From the human T2T-CHM13v2.0 reference genome, Homo sapiens: 64,000 nt of DNA. The stretch is taken from assembly GCF_009914755.1 (NCBI RefSeq), contig NC_060929.1. One strand, given 5' to 3'. The notes below the pieces were generated by a model that ran no database searches, was not told the origin of the DNA, and was given only the letters and a program-made list of their open reading frames with translations. Both the position numbers and the translations under genes were made by a program. Shown piece by piece: positions 27,250 through 41,000 of this stretch. Each line of letters begins with the position of its first letter. Position 1 is the stretch's first letter.

Positions 27250-27860
27250 CAGCTTCCTGTTTGTGATGCCAGCGCTGGAGGGAGGAAATTCAGTGCCCCA
27301 GCCCCAGGGCTGCAGGGCAGGAATGTGGACGTGTTGACGTCAAAGCTTGTCCTAGTTCTGGGGAAGTGGGATGGGAAGGGCTTCCTGCTGAGCCACCTTT
27401 GATCCCAGGTCTGATCTGGGAGAGTGACCCTGGACAGCCGGCCCAGAGGGAGTTCAGACACCCAGAGCTTTCTCTGGTGGCCACCATGGGCACCAAGCTC
27501 AGGGTCCTTCCCCAGCATAGCTGTTTGGCCTTGGGCAAATCACCACGCCCCTCCAAATCCCCCACCTGTAAAGCAGGATTAAAAATGTGTATCTCAGAGC
27601 ATCACCCACTCATCAGATGCGTAGTAAGCTCCTACTTTGTGCTTCATTCTAGGGATGAAGCCTGCCCAGGCTGTGGTGGGCTCTGGCCAGCATCCCCCTG
27701 GCTGGTGGGCCAGGGAGTGAGAGGGGCCGGGAGGAGAGGATGCTCGTAGACAGAGGCACAAAGCATGTCCAGAGGTGGCTGCTAGGAGATTTCCCAGCAC
27801 TAGGGCTGTGACTCAGGCTGAAGCCTGAGCCCAGGCACTTCCTGGCTGGTGACTCAGTTT
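27250..27860. promoter_or_regulatory. Candidate signal-inducible enhancer (CRE, 2x AP-1, ETS, TEAD)
   Basis: TGACGTCA 27335-27342; TGACTCA at 27809 and 27850; CACTTCCTGG ~27836; GGAATG ~27320. Confidence 0.45.
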
Positions 27861-28460
27861 CCCCAATTCTACAGCGGCATCACACAACATCTGCTTCTCA
27901 GCATCGAAGAGGCGTTGAGGCATGGCCGGTATGTGTCTGTGGGGTCCTTCAAAATCTTATTTATCAAGCAGTTAGAGTGGGCTCAGGACTTTGTGTATGT
28001 GTTTGCTCTCTCAGGTGAGCCTGAAAAGATCAGGACTGCGACTCCCATTTTACAGAGGGATAACCTGAGGCTCAGTGAGGTGAAGGCAGTTCAAGATCCT
28101 TGACAGAGGCTCTGGATCACTGCGCTAGAAAGTGGCGGGGTGGGGAAAGACCGCTGGGCTTTCTGACTTCAGCAACACGTTCTCCAGTAACCAGACTTCC
28201 GAACAGTGGCAGACGGGGCCCTCTGCCTGGCAAGCACACACCACAGGACCTGTCCCACAGAGGGCCTCCCAGCCCGCTCTGCCAACCTCACCCACAGGCC
28301 CCCAAACTTGAGAGGGTTGACATAGGCCGTGGAGACCTGTGCGAATGTCTGCCTTCCCTACTCCAGTCGACCCCCTGCATCACCCAGAGCACCAGGCCAG
28401 GGCCTGGAGTCACGCTCTCCTCTGCCCAGCACTGCCAGGAAGGCAGAAGGTGAGACACAG

Positions 28461-28610
28461 GAGAGAATGCATGGCGAGAGTGGGCATTTATTTGGCACGT
28501 CCTAGGTGGGCTGGGCTGCTCGATGAGATTTTAGGTATATTATCACCATCAGGAAGATTCTAGAGGTAATGAAACTGACATCCAAGAGGGGAGGTGACCT
28601 CTCCAGGGTC
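28461..28610 (+). repeat. Copy 1 of a 150-bp local duplication
   Basis: Gapless alignment to 30049-30198, 20 mismatches by hand count. Confidence 0.92.
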
Positions 28611-28869
28611 TCCACCCTGTGCGCCTCAGTTCCCCCAACTGTGACATTGGATGAAGGAGCTCATGCTCAGGGAGGCTGGGAGGGGTCCTGAGGAGGGCTC
28701 AGAGCAAGGCCTTGGGACAGCATAGTCCCTGCAAGGGAGTGACCGCTAGGGGCCTTCCTGGGAGCCTGCTGTGCCCTCAGCCCCAGCCCTGCCCACCCTC
28801 CCTTTCCCTCTCTGCCTTTCTCCAGAGCACGGCTCAGCCCTTTGGGGCTCTGCACTTTGGGGCCAGAGA

Positions 28870-29075
28870 GACCTGAGTTAGAATCCAGACCTGCCACTCA
28901 CTGGTTATGCGACCTGGGCTGAGCGGTTCTTTTTCTCTGAGTCTCAGTTTCCTCATCTGTCTGCGTAAATAAATGAGGGTAATAACCAGCCGCATTTCAA
29001 GGGGTCTGGAGGTTAGGACATCATATCTTTCAAGTACCTGGTACGCTGTCTGACGCAGAGTAACCATTTAATAAA
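28870..29075 (+). mobile_element. MIR SINE
   Basis: ctctgagtctcagtttcctcatctg core. Confidence 0.8.
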
Positions 29076-29173
29076 GCGGAGCTGTTGTTGCTGTCGCTGT
29101 CATTGTTGGCGTTTATTTATGAATGTCGAGGCGGCAGGTGGGCCTTGGTGGGACTGTACGGACATTTCCCGGA

Positions 29174-29192
29174 TGCCCGGAAGGTGGCGCTA
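29174..29192 (+). promoter_or_regulatory. CTCF motif TGCCCGGAAGGTGGCGCTA
   Basis: Good match to CCASYAGRKGGCRSY in a CpG-retaining patch. Confidence 0.6.
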
Positions 29193-30048
29193 GAGACCCC
29201 CTTGTCGGCTCCCAAGAGAGCGCTAAGCATGGTCTTCACATCATCGGGAAGAAGCCAAACTTAGACGCCCGGATGGTTTCCAGCTCTGTTAATTCCCTGG
29301 GCAGATGCTTCCTGAACACCCCAACAATGTTCTCAGGTCCACCACTGGGGCTGCGGACCTGGGGCTCCTCCCCACCAGCCACCCCGCCCTCCCCAACAGG
29401 CCTCCACTGCCTTTCTCTCCCTCCCTTTGTCTCTCCTGCCTCCTCCCTCCCTTCGTTTCTTCCTTCCTTCCTTCTTACAAATAGGCACTGTGCACCTACT
29501 GTGTGCTGGGCTCTGTACGATGAACTGGAGATGCCCAGGGAAGAAGACCTTTGAAAGGCTGTGCCCTCTGGAACCTCCAAACTACGTGAGGACACAGAAA
29601 TAAACAAGAGAAAGAAGAAAAAAAAAGATGCTTTCAGATCCTGGCAAGCATCGGGAGAAAATACAACAGGGTGGTGGGATAGAGGGACGGAGGAGCTGGG
29701 GTGAGGAGAAGGCGGGAGGTGGTCAGAGGGAAGGGCCGGTGTGGAGGGGGCCGCCGGAGCAAGGACCCTCGGACACGCAGCCCAGCATATCAGGGAGAAG
29801 AGACAAGAGGAAGCAGTCGGGTGGGGGCAGATGTGGCCAGAATCAGAAGCGGGTCTGCGAGGTACAGACTAAAGGGCCGGTCAACTGCTGCAGCAACCAC
29901 AGCCACCACTAATGCTTACTGAGCACTTACTAGGTGCCAGGCACTGGCATTGTCCCATTTTATAGGTGGGGAAACTGCAGAAGGGACCGCAGCCAACAGT
30001 GTTTTCAGGGGCCCTGGGAGTTCCCAGGGCCACTGGTGGAAGAAGGAA

Positions 30049-30198
30049 GAGAGAATGCTCAGTGAGAGTGGGCATGCATTTGGCACGTCCTCGGTGGGCT
30101 GGGCTGCTTTATGCTATTTTAGGTACATTGTCACCATCAGGAGGATTCTAGAGGTCATGCAACTGGCATCCAAGAGGGGAGGTGACCTGCCCAAGGTC
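30049..30198 (+). repeat. Copy 2 of a 150-bp local duplication
   Basis: ~87% identical to 28461-28610. Confidence 0.92.
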
Positions 30199-30722
30199 AC
30201 AGTCGGGGATTGGCAACCCTGAGACCTGAACCCAGGTCTTCCCCATTTGGGCAGGTGGCCCCCTGTGCCCAGAAGCCTCAGAGCCCTCTGGAATGCCATT
30301 TTCCTTGGGCCCCACAAATAATCTGGCTTCAGTTTGCCCCTGAGCCCACCTGTCAGCAAATCCACTCCACATCCCTCGGGGATCCTGCTCTATTCCACCT
30401 CCAGCACTCCCACGAATCCCCATCTCTCCCTGGATGGCTGGATCCTGTTTCCTCCTTTCATGACACTCTGACCATCTAAAGTTATCAGACCTACTTGTGT
30501 ACATTCATCTCCCCCACCAGACTATACCCTGACCCCAGTGGGTCTCCCCAGCCTCCTGCCTCAACCCCCCTAACCTTGCACCCTACCCTTCACCACACAG
30601 ATGTGCTTACACCATTCTGAACAAGCACACCACTCATGAGAGCAGGCACAGACCCATCTTCATCCCCCTCTCCTCACAGCTGAGCACAGTGTGTGCATGG
30701 AGAAGGGGCTCAGTGAAGATAG

Positions 30723-31216
30723 GTGGATGGATGGATGGATGGAAAGACAGATAGATGAATGGATGGGTGGATGGATAGAAGTCGAATGGATGGATGATGA
30801 TGGTGGACAAATGGATGAATGACGAATGGGTGGAAGGAAGATTAGTGGATGGATGGATGGGTAGATGGATGGATGGATGGATGGATGGATTGGATGGATG
30901 GATGAACAGATGGATGGATGCATGGATGTATGTATGTATGTATGGATGGATGGATGTATGGATGGATTGGATGGATGGATAGGATGGATGAATGGATGAA
31001 TAGATGGATGGATGCATGGATGGATGAATGGATGGATGGACACGAGGGATGGATGGATGGACAGGATGGATGGATTGGATAGGATGGATGGATGGATAGA
31101 TGAATAGATGCATGGATGCATGGGTGGGTGGATGGACAGGATGGATGCATGGATGGATGGTTGGACAGGGTGGATGGATGGATGGATGGATGGATGGATG
31201 GATGGATGGATGGATG
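30723..31216. repeat. Degenerate (GGAT)n tetranucleotide array
   Basis: ~490 bp of tggatgga variants. Confidence 0.97.
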
Positions 31217-32734
31217 TTTGAAAGACTACTTGACCTAAGCCTGTGATTGCTTTTTGACCCACAGGAAGGAGGTCAGAATAAAAGATGGCAGCAGTGACCC
31301 AGGTAAATAAGTCCTCCAGTGTGGGGCTATGGTGGGGAAAAGGGGTTAGGTGCCAGTGCTGGGGATGGGCCATCAGCAAATTCTGGCAACATCTAATGTG
31401 CACAGAGCAATGATGAGTAAACCCCAAGACGTGACCTGGAGCATCTCTTGTAAAGAACAGGGAGAGGGTGTAGTCCCTGAAGCTGGGACCAGGGCAGCAA
31501 AGCACGTCAAGGCTCTGACTCAGCCAGGAGCCATGGGAGTTTGAGAAACTGGGCGCAAACACCCACCTCATGCATGAACACGGCTCTGTATAGGCATGAA
31601 GGACTCTCACTTGTGGTGCCATGACTGAGCTTCCAACCATGGTCCTTGAAGCCAGTGGGACTCTACTCATGGTGCAGATGGAGAAACAGATGCTTCCAGA
31701 GGGGAAGTGACTTGTCCAAGACCACCCAGTCAGAAAATGGCTCACAGTTGGCTTGGGTGGGAGTTGGTGGGGTCAAATGGTTCTGGAGGGGCCAGAGGCT
31801 TGGGGTACGGGACTGTCAGGCCGGACTCAAGGGTCCTCAGGTGTAGACTCAGACCTGCCGCTCCAAGCTATGTCTCGAGTGCCCTGAGTGCCCTTCCCCA
31901 AATGCAATCTGACTGTGTCACGCTGTTTTTTGGAATCCTTAGGTGGCTCCCCAGTGGTGCGGGATCCTGTCCCAGACACTGGCTTGGCCTTCTGGTTCCT
32001 TCATCCCCTGCCCCGCAGACTTCTCCAACCTTGTGCCTCCACCTTCCACTCTCTGCACCCTGCCCTCCACCATCCTGACATGCTTACGTTTTCCTGAACA
32101 AACAGACCATATGTGCTTTCTAAGGCCCACACACATTTACACAGGCTGAGCCCTCTGTTAGGGACACCTTACCAACCTTCTTCACTCCAGTAGTTCCTAC
32201 GGTGTCTTCAAGGTGTAGCTCTGGCCTCAACTGTCTCTGATCCACCCACTTACGTTTAGGCAGGGCAAGGTAGTCCCACTCCTTTCTGCCCCAATTACAT
32301 GCTATGCTGAACTCTACCATCAAGACAATTACCATAGGCGATAATTAGCTGGTTACTAGTCTGCCTCCCCAGCTGGACTGTGAATTCCAAGAGAATGAGC
32401 TTTGGGACTTATTCACCTCCGTATCTGTAATGCCTGGCACAGCAGCTAGTTATTATTTGTGGAAGGGAGGGAGGGAAGGTAGAGAGCACCTTACAGTCTG
32501 TGAAGTGTTCTTTCATGCATGTAATTATTTTTAAACTTGGGGCAGCAAGGAAACATGCTGGGAAGGGTCCTCACCTCAAGCAAAGTTGTCATGCAGCAAT
32601 CCTTTGTAAACCTGGTGTCTGGAACTCAAAACATAGAGGAAAATGGTGCCAAAGTGTTCGACTTTTGGAATATGGATATGCAGAGAAGCACCTTATGCTA
32701 GGGAAAGGACTCAAGCTTTGGAATCCAGAAGTAC

Positions 32735-33235
32735 TGCAGTTTCAGAACGTTTCTAGCTGCAGGAAAGGAAACCCAACTCCAAGCCTCCACCTGACTTAGA
32801 TAACAAGGGAGCTTGTTGGCTGGTGTGAGCAGAGCTGAATCTTCAGAGTGGTGCAGGCTGTCAAGGAGCTGGGTGAAGCTTTCGAGGACCTCTGTCCTCT
32901 TCATAGGTTCCCAAGTCAGTGTTACCCTGAGCGCATGGCACATGCTTCTCATTCCGCTATAGGAGGGGACATATTCCAATATCCATCCAGGAGTCCATTG
33001 GGCAGTTGTTCTCATTGGACAGTCTTGGGTCACACGACTACCCCTGAACCAATGCCTGTGGCCAAGGGAATGGGAGGCATTATCTGGTTCCAGCCCATCA
33101 GAGCCCTCCTTGGAGTTGAGGGGGCTCCCCTCCAAGCATGCTGGCTGTGGTCGGGGGGTGGTGGTAGGTACTTAGAAGGAGATCTGGGGATTGTTAGAAG
33201 GAATGGCTGCTGGGTAGGCAGCCAACAAGTGTCCC
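32735..33235. mobile_element. Old MaLR LTR (MLT1K/L-like)
   Basis: gaaacccaactc.., ctcattggac..ttgggtcac..cccctgaaccaat..ctgtggccaagggaatg. Confidence 0.6.
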
Positions 33236-33984
33236 CAGCTCCTGAGTTCAAACTTTGACCCCGCCTCTTCTGTCACCGTGGGCAAGTCACTCCACCTCTC
33301 CAGGCCTCGGTTTCCCCACCTGTAAAATGGAAGAGTTGTGTTTCCATCACAGAGTGGTTGTGAAGACTCAGGGAGACAGAGTTTAAGAGGCTAGCCCAGT
33401 GGGAGGGGCCCAGGGGTGGGTCCCAGGGTCCCACCTTCTTGGTTCCTGAGGTTCTCAGGCTAGCCCACATTTCTCCACAAAGGAGCAGTGGTCTAGCCTA
33501 TGAGAAATGTCACATGAGAAATATTTCTTGTTGTTTGTGAGAAAGGAGAGCACGTTTGTCCCAACGGGGCGAGGTGAGCCATTCAGGGGACAAGAAGGGC
33601 CTGTATCTCACCCGGACTTGGAGTCCATCTCAGCAGCACTGGGCACATCCTCATACTCAGCCCCTCATCCGTCCCAGACTCACTGGTGTCCCTTGACACC
33701 TCAAGTGTTCTCTTCTGCAAAAGGGGCCTGCCTGGCCACGTGGCCAAGGGCACAAACTCTGGAGCCAGGTGGCCCAAGGTCACCTCCCGGCTGTGCAACT
33801 TGGGGCCAGTTAACTGACCTCTCTGTGCCTCAATCCCCTCATCCGAAGAACAGGGACAATCATCATTCCTACCTCCCAGAGTTGTTACAAAACTTCAAAT
33901 AAATCAAATCTTTATAAAGCATTTTATGAATGGCTATAGCGCAAAGCTAAAGCTATTGGAACCGGTTCAATGAACGCCAGAGCG

Positions 33985-34620
33985 TTATTTTCCAAACTCA
34001 GTCAGTTCCAGCGTGCTTTGATGATTTTTGCTAAATCTGCAGAGCACTTGTTTTCAAACTTAATATTTGTTTTTAATTGGCTCACTGAACTAAATGTATC
34101 TTAAAAGGAAACGTTGCATCACCACCCCGAATGGAAAAGTGGAATCATTTCCCGTCAACACAAAAATGAATATAACAAGTGCTTACCATGTGCCAGGCAC
34201 TCTGCTAAGCACATTACAAACATTAACTCATTCATCCCCATGAAAACCTTATGAGATGGGCACCACTGTATCTCAGTTATACAGAGGGGAAAACTGAGGC
34301 ACGGGGATCTTAAGTAACTTGCACAAGGTCACAGCTGGAATGCAGCAGCATTATGATTTGAAACAAGGCAGCCTGGCTCCAAGAAACAAGACAGATAAAT
34401 AAAACAAGGTCACCTCTTCTGTCTCAAGGTGGCCGCCTCCTGCAGGCTCTGTGCTGGGACCGCTATCTGTCACGCTATCTGTTAGATCAGCAAGTGGTAA
34501 AGAGGCGTTAAAACCAGAGTAGCACAAGCTGAGACTTTCTCCTTGAAGCAATCAGAAAATGGAAGGACAGCCAGAAAAAACAAATTTCTCACTGCGGGAT
34601 TTACTGATGTCCTTAACGCC
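33985..34620 (+). mobile_element. MER113-like hAT element interrupted by a MIR (~34185-34385)
   Basis: tttccaaactcagtca..gatttttgc.., gctgagactttctccttga..aatcagaa; MIR core gaaactgaggcac in the middle. Confidence 0.6.
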
Positions 34621-35323
34621 GAGAGTATATAAAAGCATCTTTCCTGGAGCCAGCAGTGTGCAACCCGTATTTTGTGAAAGCCCAAAGCAGAGGAAGCGCC
34701 CAGCGGCACCACCAGCATTTGCATCCCCCCATCCACACCCCCAGCCCCTGGCATTTTTTAGGTCAGGACATTGTTCAACATCGAGATGGGCAGAGCCAAA
34801 GACAGGGATTAAGAAAGACATTAAATCCACTTAATAAGAATAGGCGAAAACCAAAAATTAATCACCAATAAAAGCAAATTAACTACCTGTACAGCAAAGT
34901 AATATCATATCACTGTCATACTACAGAGAGGGGGAAAACGAGCAAATCCATATAAGCGCTTAACGACCTGAACGCTACGTTACCCTTGGTGTAAAGGCAA
35001 CAGTACTGGAAAGAAGGCTTGAACTTTATTTAATAGATTTATTGTTCACCAGGCCTGAAACCATTCTGTGGCTATTGTAGCTTTCAGCAAATGAGCAAAT
35101 ATGTTAATGTTGGAGAGTCAAGGTTTTCAGCAAGGAAGCTGCAGATATGGAAAAGGGGAGTTAAGAAAGAAGCCTGTGGTGTTGGACTGGAATTTGAGGT
35201 AAAAGCATGAGCTCATGACTTAAATATACCCAAACATACTCTGTCTGCTGCAAGGGCCTGAGCCCAGTGACACCCCCGTGTCAATGAGCCCACCTACCAC
35301 CTACCACCCCCATCTTGGTTTCT

Positions 35324-35619
35324 TTATTTTTTTTTTTTGAGACGGAGTCTCACCCAGGCTGGAGTGCAGTGCAGTGGTGCAATCTCGGCTCGCTGCAACC
35401 TCTGCCTTTCCCAGGTTCAAGCGATTCTCCTGCCTCAGCCTCCCAAGTAGCTTGGATTACAGGCATATGCCACCACACCCAGCTAATTTTTGAATTTTTA
35501 GTAGAGATGGGGTTTCACCACGTTGGCCAGGCTGGTCTCGAACTCCTGACCTCAAGTGATCCACCCACCTTGGCCTCCCAAAGTGGTAGGATTACAGGTG
35601 TGAGCCACCGTGCCTGGCC
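35324..35619 (-). mobile_element. AluS
   Basis: Reverse-complement Alu; TSD atcttggtttct. Confidence 0.95.
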
Positions 35620-36839
35620 CCTAATCTTGGTTTCTAAATCTCCTTCCCCAACAAAAGGAACCAGGGCAATTTGGGGAAATGGACAAGTCCAAGGCTGAAG
35701 GAGGAAAGATACAAGATGAGCCTGGAACATCGAGTTTTGCCAAGAAATAAGGAAGTGACCAAAGAATGATGGGGATGCATCAAAAGGACACAGGAGCCAG
35801 TTTAAAGAGGCCACTGTTCCAACTGTGGAACAATTTGGGCATTGACTCATTGTGGACAATTGAGCATTGAATAATGATGGCAGTGGATTATAGCATGTTA
35901 AATGAAAGAGAACCCATGAATTCACCCTGGTAAATATAAAATAAAGGAAAAAAAGGAAGGAGAGAAAGAGGGAGGAAGGGGGAAGGAAAAGCTTTTCCTA
36001 ACAGAAAAATGGCACCTAATAAATGAAGAGGGAAAAATGGGTTTATACAATCCTCATTTGTTAATTATCACAGTAAACATTAATTCATTTATCATCAGTG
36101 GATGCCGGGGGATCATCAGGTCAGAATCACCCAAGAATGGTGGAGCTAGAAAATCATTAGGTTCCGTAAAAGTCAAAATTGATTTGGGTAAGGGAGAGAG
36201 GTTTGTTGGGAAGTGGGCAGGACCTATACACAGTCTCGGAGCATCATCCTCCGTACCGCTTATGGATCCCAAAAGGGAAAAGTGGCCCTTGGCAGTGGAG
36301 AAATCTGGCAGATACCAGCTTAACCAAGGGATCAGCTGGGACCATCCAACGTCGTGCGCCTCTTGTCATGATGTGCTTAGGACACGGCCGCACTGCTGTG
36401 TAATCCTTGCCAAAAATGAGAAACCTGAATCTCATCACAAGGAAACAATCTAATAGACCCAAACTGAGCTGGAGGACATGCCCACAACAATGAGCCTGTG
36501 TTCTGCAGAAAATGTCAAGGTTGTGAATGAGGAAGAGAGCTGAGGATGCAACTACTCCAGATGAAAGGCGGGGAAAGAGGCGTGGCAGCCGAGCATCGGC
36601 TGGATTCCGAGCTGGAGTTTGGGTGGGAGAAAGAAGTACTATCAAGGGTGTTATTGAGACAAGATTGGCAACGTCTGAATGGAAACTGTATGTACGATCC
36701 TCATACTGGAGCAATGTAGCCTTATCAAATTTCTACTGTGATTAAGCAGCGGGGGATACTGAAGTATTAATATTTAGAGATGAAGAGCCATGATCATGAT
36801 GTCTACAACTTACTCTCAAAGGGTTAAGCAAAATAATAA

Positions 36840-36870
<31 letters not shown>

Positions 36871-36927
36871 ACAGAGGGAGAGAGAGAAAGCAAGTAAGTC
36901 AAACATTAGCCATTGGTCAATTTAGGG

Positions 36928-37150
36928 CAGAGTTTCTCAAGCTTGTCACAATCGACATTTTGGACCAGATAATCCTGTGTTGTGGGGACAGCTGGCCCTG
37001 TGTATTGTATGATGTTTACCAGCATCCCTGGCCTGTACCCACAAGGCGCCAGCAGCGTTCCCTAGTTGTAACAACCAAAAATGTCTCCAGACATTGCCTG
37101 CAGACAGGTCCCCGTGGGGAGCGGGCATACCCGATGGCCGAGAGCCACTG
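36928..37150 (+). mobile_element. MER20 hAT MITE
   Basis: gacattttggaccagataat..ccctgtgtattgta..caaccaaaaatgtctccagacattgcc. Confidence 0.88.
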
Positions 37151-37268
37151 GTGAAGGACAGAGAGGTGTTTATTGAGCTATCCTTGGAACTTTTGAAATT
37201 TTTCCAAATAAAAATTTTTTAATGTTCGGCTATACACCAAAGGAAGAGGGCTGCAGGTGGTGGGAGCG

Positions 37269-37285
37269 GGGTCAATGGAGGGTCA
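37269..37285 (+). promoter_or_regulatory. DR5 retinoic-acid response element motif GGGTCA-atgga-GGGTCA
   Basis: Two perfect RGKTCA half-sites with a 5-nt spacer. Confidence 0.55.
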
Positions 37286-38039
37286 TTTACTCTCCTGGCT
37301 GAGCTTTTACGGCTTTGCCGCCCCCGCCACCATCAAGCGCCTTACGGGTAGATGACTTTTTCATCTCCATCGCCCCGCAAAGGGGGTTGGCCACAGTGAT
37401 GTGCACCAATGCTGAGCAAATTCACAACACCGTCACTTACAACTGGGGATCAGTTAATCAGCCATCAGATGGGCCTTGTCACCAGTCAATAGAGCCAGCG
37501 TCAAGTCAACAGAGGCGAGGCTGGCAATGGAAGCCAGACCCAAAGGGCAAAGGTTAGGCGGACAAGTGCAGAGGGCGGCTCAGAGCCACGGCCGGGACTG
37601 GAGCTCCCAGTGGATCCAGTGTGGGACGTGGAGACTTTTGATGGAGCTGGACAGAGGGGATGGGAAGTAAATATTGATTGGGGTCCTAGGACCTCAGTCA
37701 GACAGAACAGCCACATCTGAGAGTGAGGGGACATCAGGCCCCCAAATGCACCCCTCCAAAGGCAGTGAGATCCCTGACTGCAGCCTTCCACCCCTGCAGT
37801 CACCATGGTCATCCCAAACTGGACTGATGGAACATTGCAGAAGGAGAGACTCAGACAAAAAGGAGGAGAAAGGGGTAGGGGGCGTCTGTGGGATCTCAGT
37901 CCCTCTGCACAAAGCAGGTGTTTTATCTGGCCTTGCCTGGGAGCAGACTGCTGACTTGAACCCAGCCTTGCTAGAACATCCGTGGCAGTCCCAGGGCCCC
38001 AAAGACAGGGGTCCAGCAGCCCTGCCTGGCCTGGCTCTC

Positions 38040-38520
38040 AGTACCTCTCCGACCTCCTCTCCTAGCACTGTTCTCCTCCCTTACCCCGCTGCAGCCATGC
38101 TGGCCTCCCTGCTGCTCCTCAGGCTCATTCCACCAGTTCCCCAGCCGCAGGGCCTTTGCACTTGCTATTCCCACTATTGGGAACACTATACCTCACATCC
38201 TCTTGGCATTCCTCTCTTGCTTGTTTCAGGTCTCTGCTCAAGGATCACCTTCTCAGGGAGGTCCAATCCGGCCACCACCCCCACCCCAACCCCCACCCCC
38301 GCCATCCTACCCGTCTTATTTTCTTCACAGCACTTATCACACCCCGAAATGACATTTTCATTTGCTCACTTGGCAATTGCCTCTCTTGCTAGCATGCAAA
38401 TTTTGTGAAGATGAGGACTTTGTCCTATTTGCAGTCATACAGCCTGCACTAGAACAATGTCTGGCACATAGTATGTGCTCAATACATACTTTAATCAATG
38501 AAATGACTTCATTAATTCAT
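38040..38520 (+). mobile_element. L2 3' fragment
   Basis: cagggcctttgcacttgct...ctggcacatagta..gctcaata. Confidence 0.7.
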
Positions 38521-39944
38521 TTTCCTTCTGCTCTTTGATAAGATTGCTTTCATCTTCAGAGGAAAAATGTGAAACCTGCCTCTCTTCCTCTTGAGTCCTT
38601 GCTTGGCCAAACCCTTTTCTCCTACTCCAGGGGAGAATTTGATTAAGTGCTTTTTGTTTTTTGAAGGGCAGGAGAGACCACAGTGAGCATGCCATTGAGC
38701 TTCACTTATCACTGCTTTGCTCTTGAAAGTAGATCCCTGAATGCAGATTCTGACCAAACCCAACATCCTATTGGACAGCATTAGGGCCTGGCTTCTGAGC
38801 CTCGCCACAGCTGTTCCCTCTGCTGGAATGCCCTTCCCTCACTGTGTGTATAAAGACTTCCTGCTAATGACCCTTTTCACCTTAGCTCAAATGTCGTTTT
38901 CTCTAAGAAGCCTTCCCCAATCTTCCAGTCTAAATTAATCTCTCCCACGAAAGCAAATTCTCTTCATTGTGGGGCTCACATTTATAATGAAATACTCTCT
39001 GCTCATTGGTTGATTTTCTGCCTCCTGCCCTAGACTGTCAGCCTAGGAGGGCAGGGGTCTGCCTGTGCGGTGTCCCACTGCACACCTAGTGCCCAGCGAC
39101 GCCCTGCAGCAGGTGTTGGCCGAGCTTGTGTTGGAGGAGCTGGAGAACAGCCCCTTCCTGGAAGCCTGCAGCCTACAGAGCCCACCTCACTGGTCCTCCT
39201 CGGTGAGAGCTCATCTGTGTCCCGTCTGCCCGTAGGGGAGCCCCACAGCTCAGCTGCGCTCCATGTGTCCCAGGAATTCTGCTGGAACACGCCAGAGACA
39301 GGCAGCTCACTACCTCCTCCCCAGCACTGCGCTAGGCATGGAATAGAAGGAGGGCGCCACTGGGGAATTTTCTTGAGCAGTAGAAGGGCCCCTCCTGGCC
39401 ATGGGGGTGGTCATGGAGACTGTCCCTTTGGGGAGGATTCAGCCCCTCAGTCCCCATCCCCCCACCCCCCATGGTAAAATAAAGGTTCCAGTTCAAGGTC
39501 ATGACCTTCACTGTTAAGACCTCAAAGGGAACAGGTCCTGGTTCTCATCCTCCCCAACTTTCCAAAGCCCTCCTGAGGCTCCCCCTGGCCGTCAGAGAAA
39601 CCCCTTAGCCTGACATACCAGGATCCCAACTGGTGACAGCTCTGGTCTCATTTGCCACCACTCCTCCCTCCCCCACACCTGCTCTGCCACTCCTGGCTGC
39701 CTAGCATCCCGGGGCACCCGAGCCCTTTCACAACCTCACAAGTCTGTGTGTGTGGAGCCACTTCCAGGACACCCTCCTGGCAGGGCAGAGCTGGCTTTTC
39801 CTACCACAGCGCACCCTTCGTCTAGCTGGGCCCCCGAGCCTCTGCAGCAAAGGCAAAGCTATGCTGAGCACTGGCCCATGCAGGACATGGCCAAGGTGCT
39901 GCTCATGAACTCATTCAATCTCACAACAAACCTATGGGTAGGTG

Positions 39945-41000
<1,056 letters not shown>

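Larger units (their letters stand above)
34830..37220 (+). mobile_element. L1MC/L1MD-type 3' region interrupted by Alu and MER20
   Basis: aaaaggaaccaggg..caagatgagcctggaacatc..aaaggacacaggagccag; ends tttccaaataaaaa. Confidence 0.65.

Noticed and set aside
30660-31745. 361-aa minus-strand ORF (IHPS repeats)
   Set aside because: Held open by the stop-free (ATCC)n array; no real protein features
37674-38408. 244-aa ORF
   Set aside because: TTG start; second half is L2-derived
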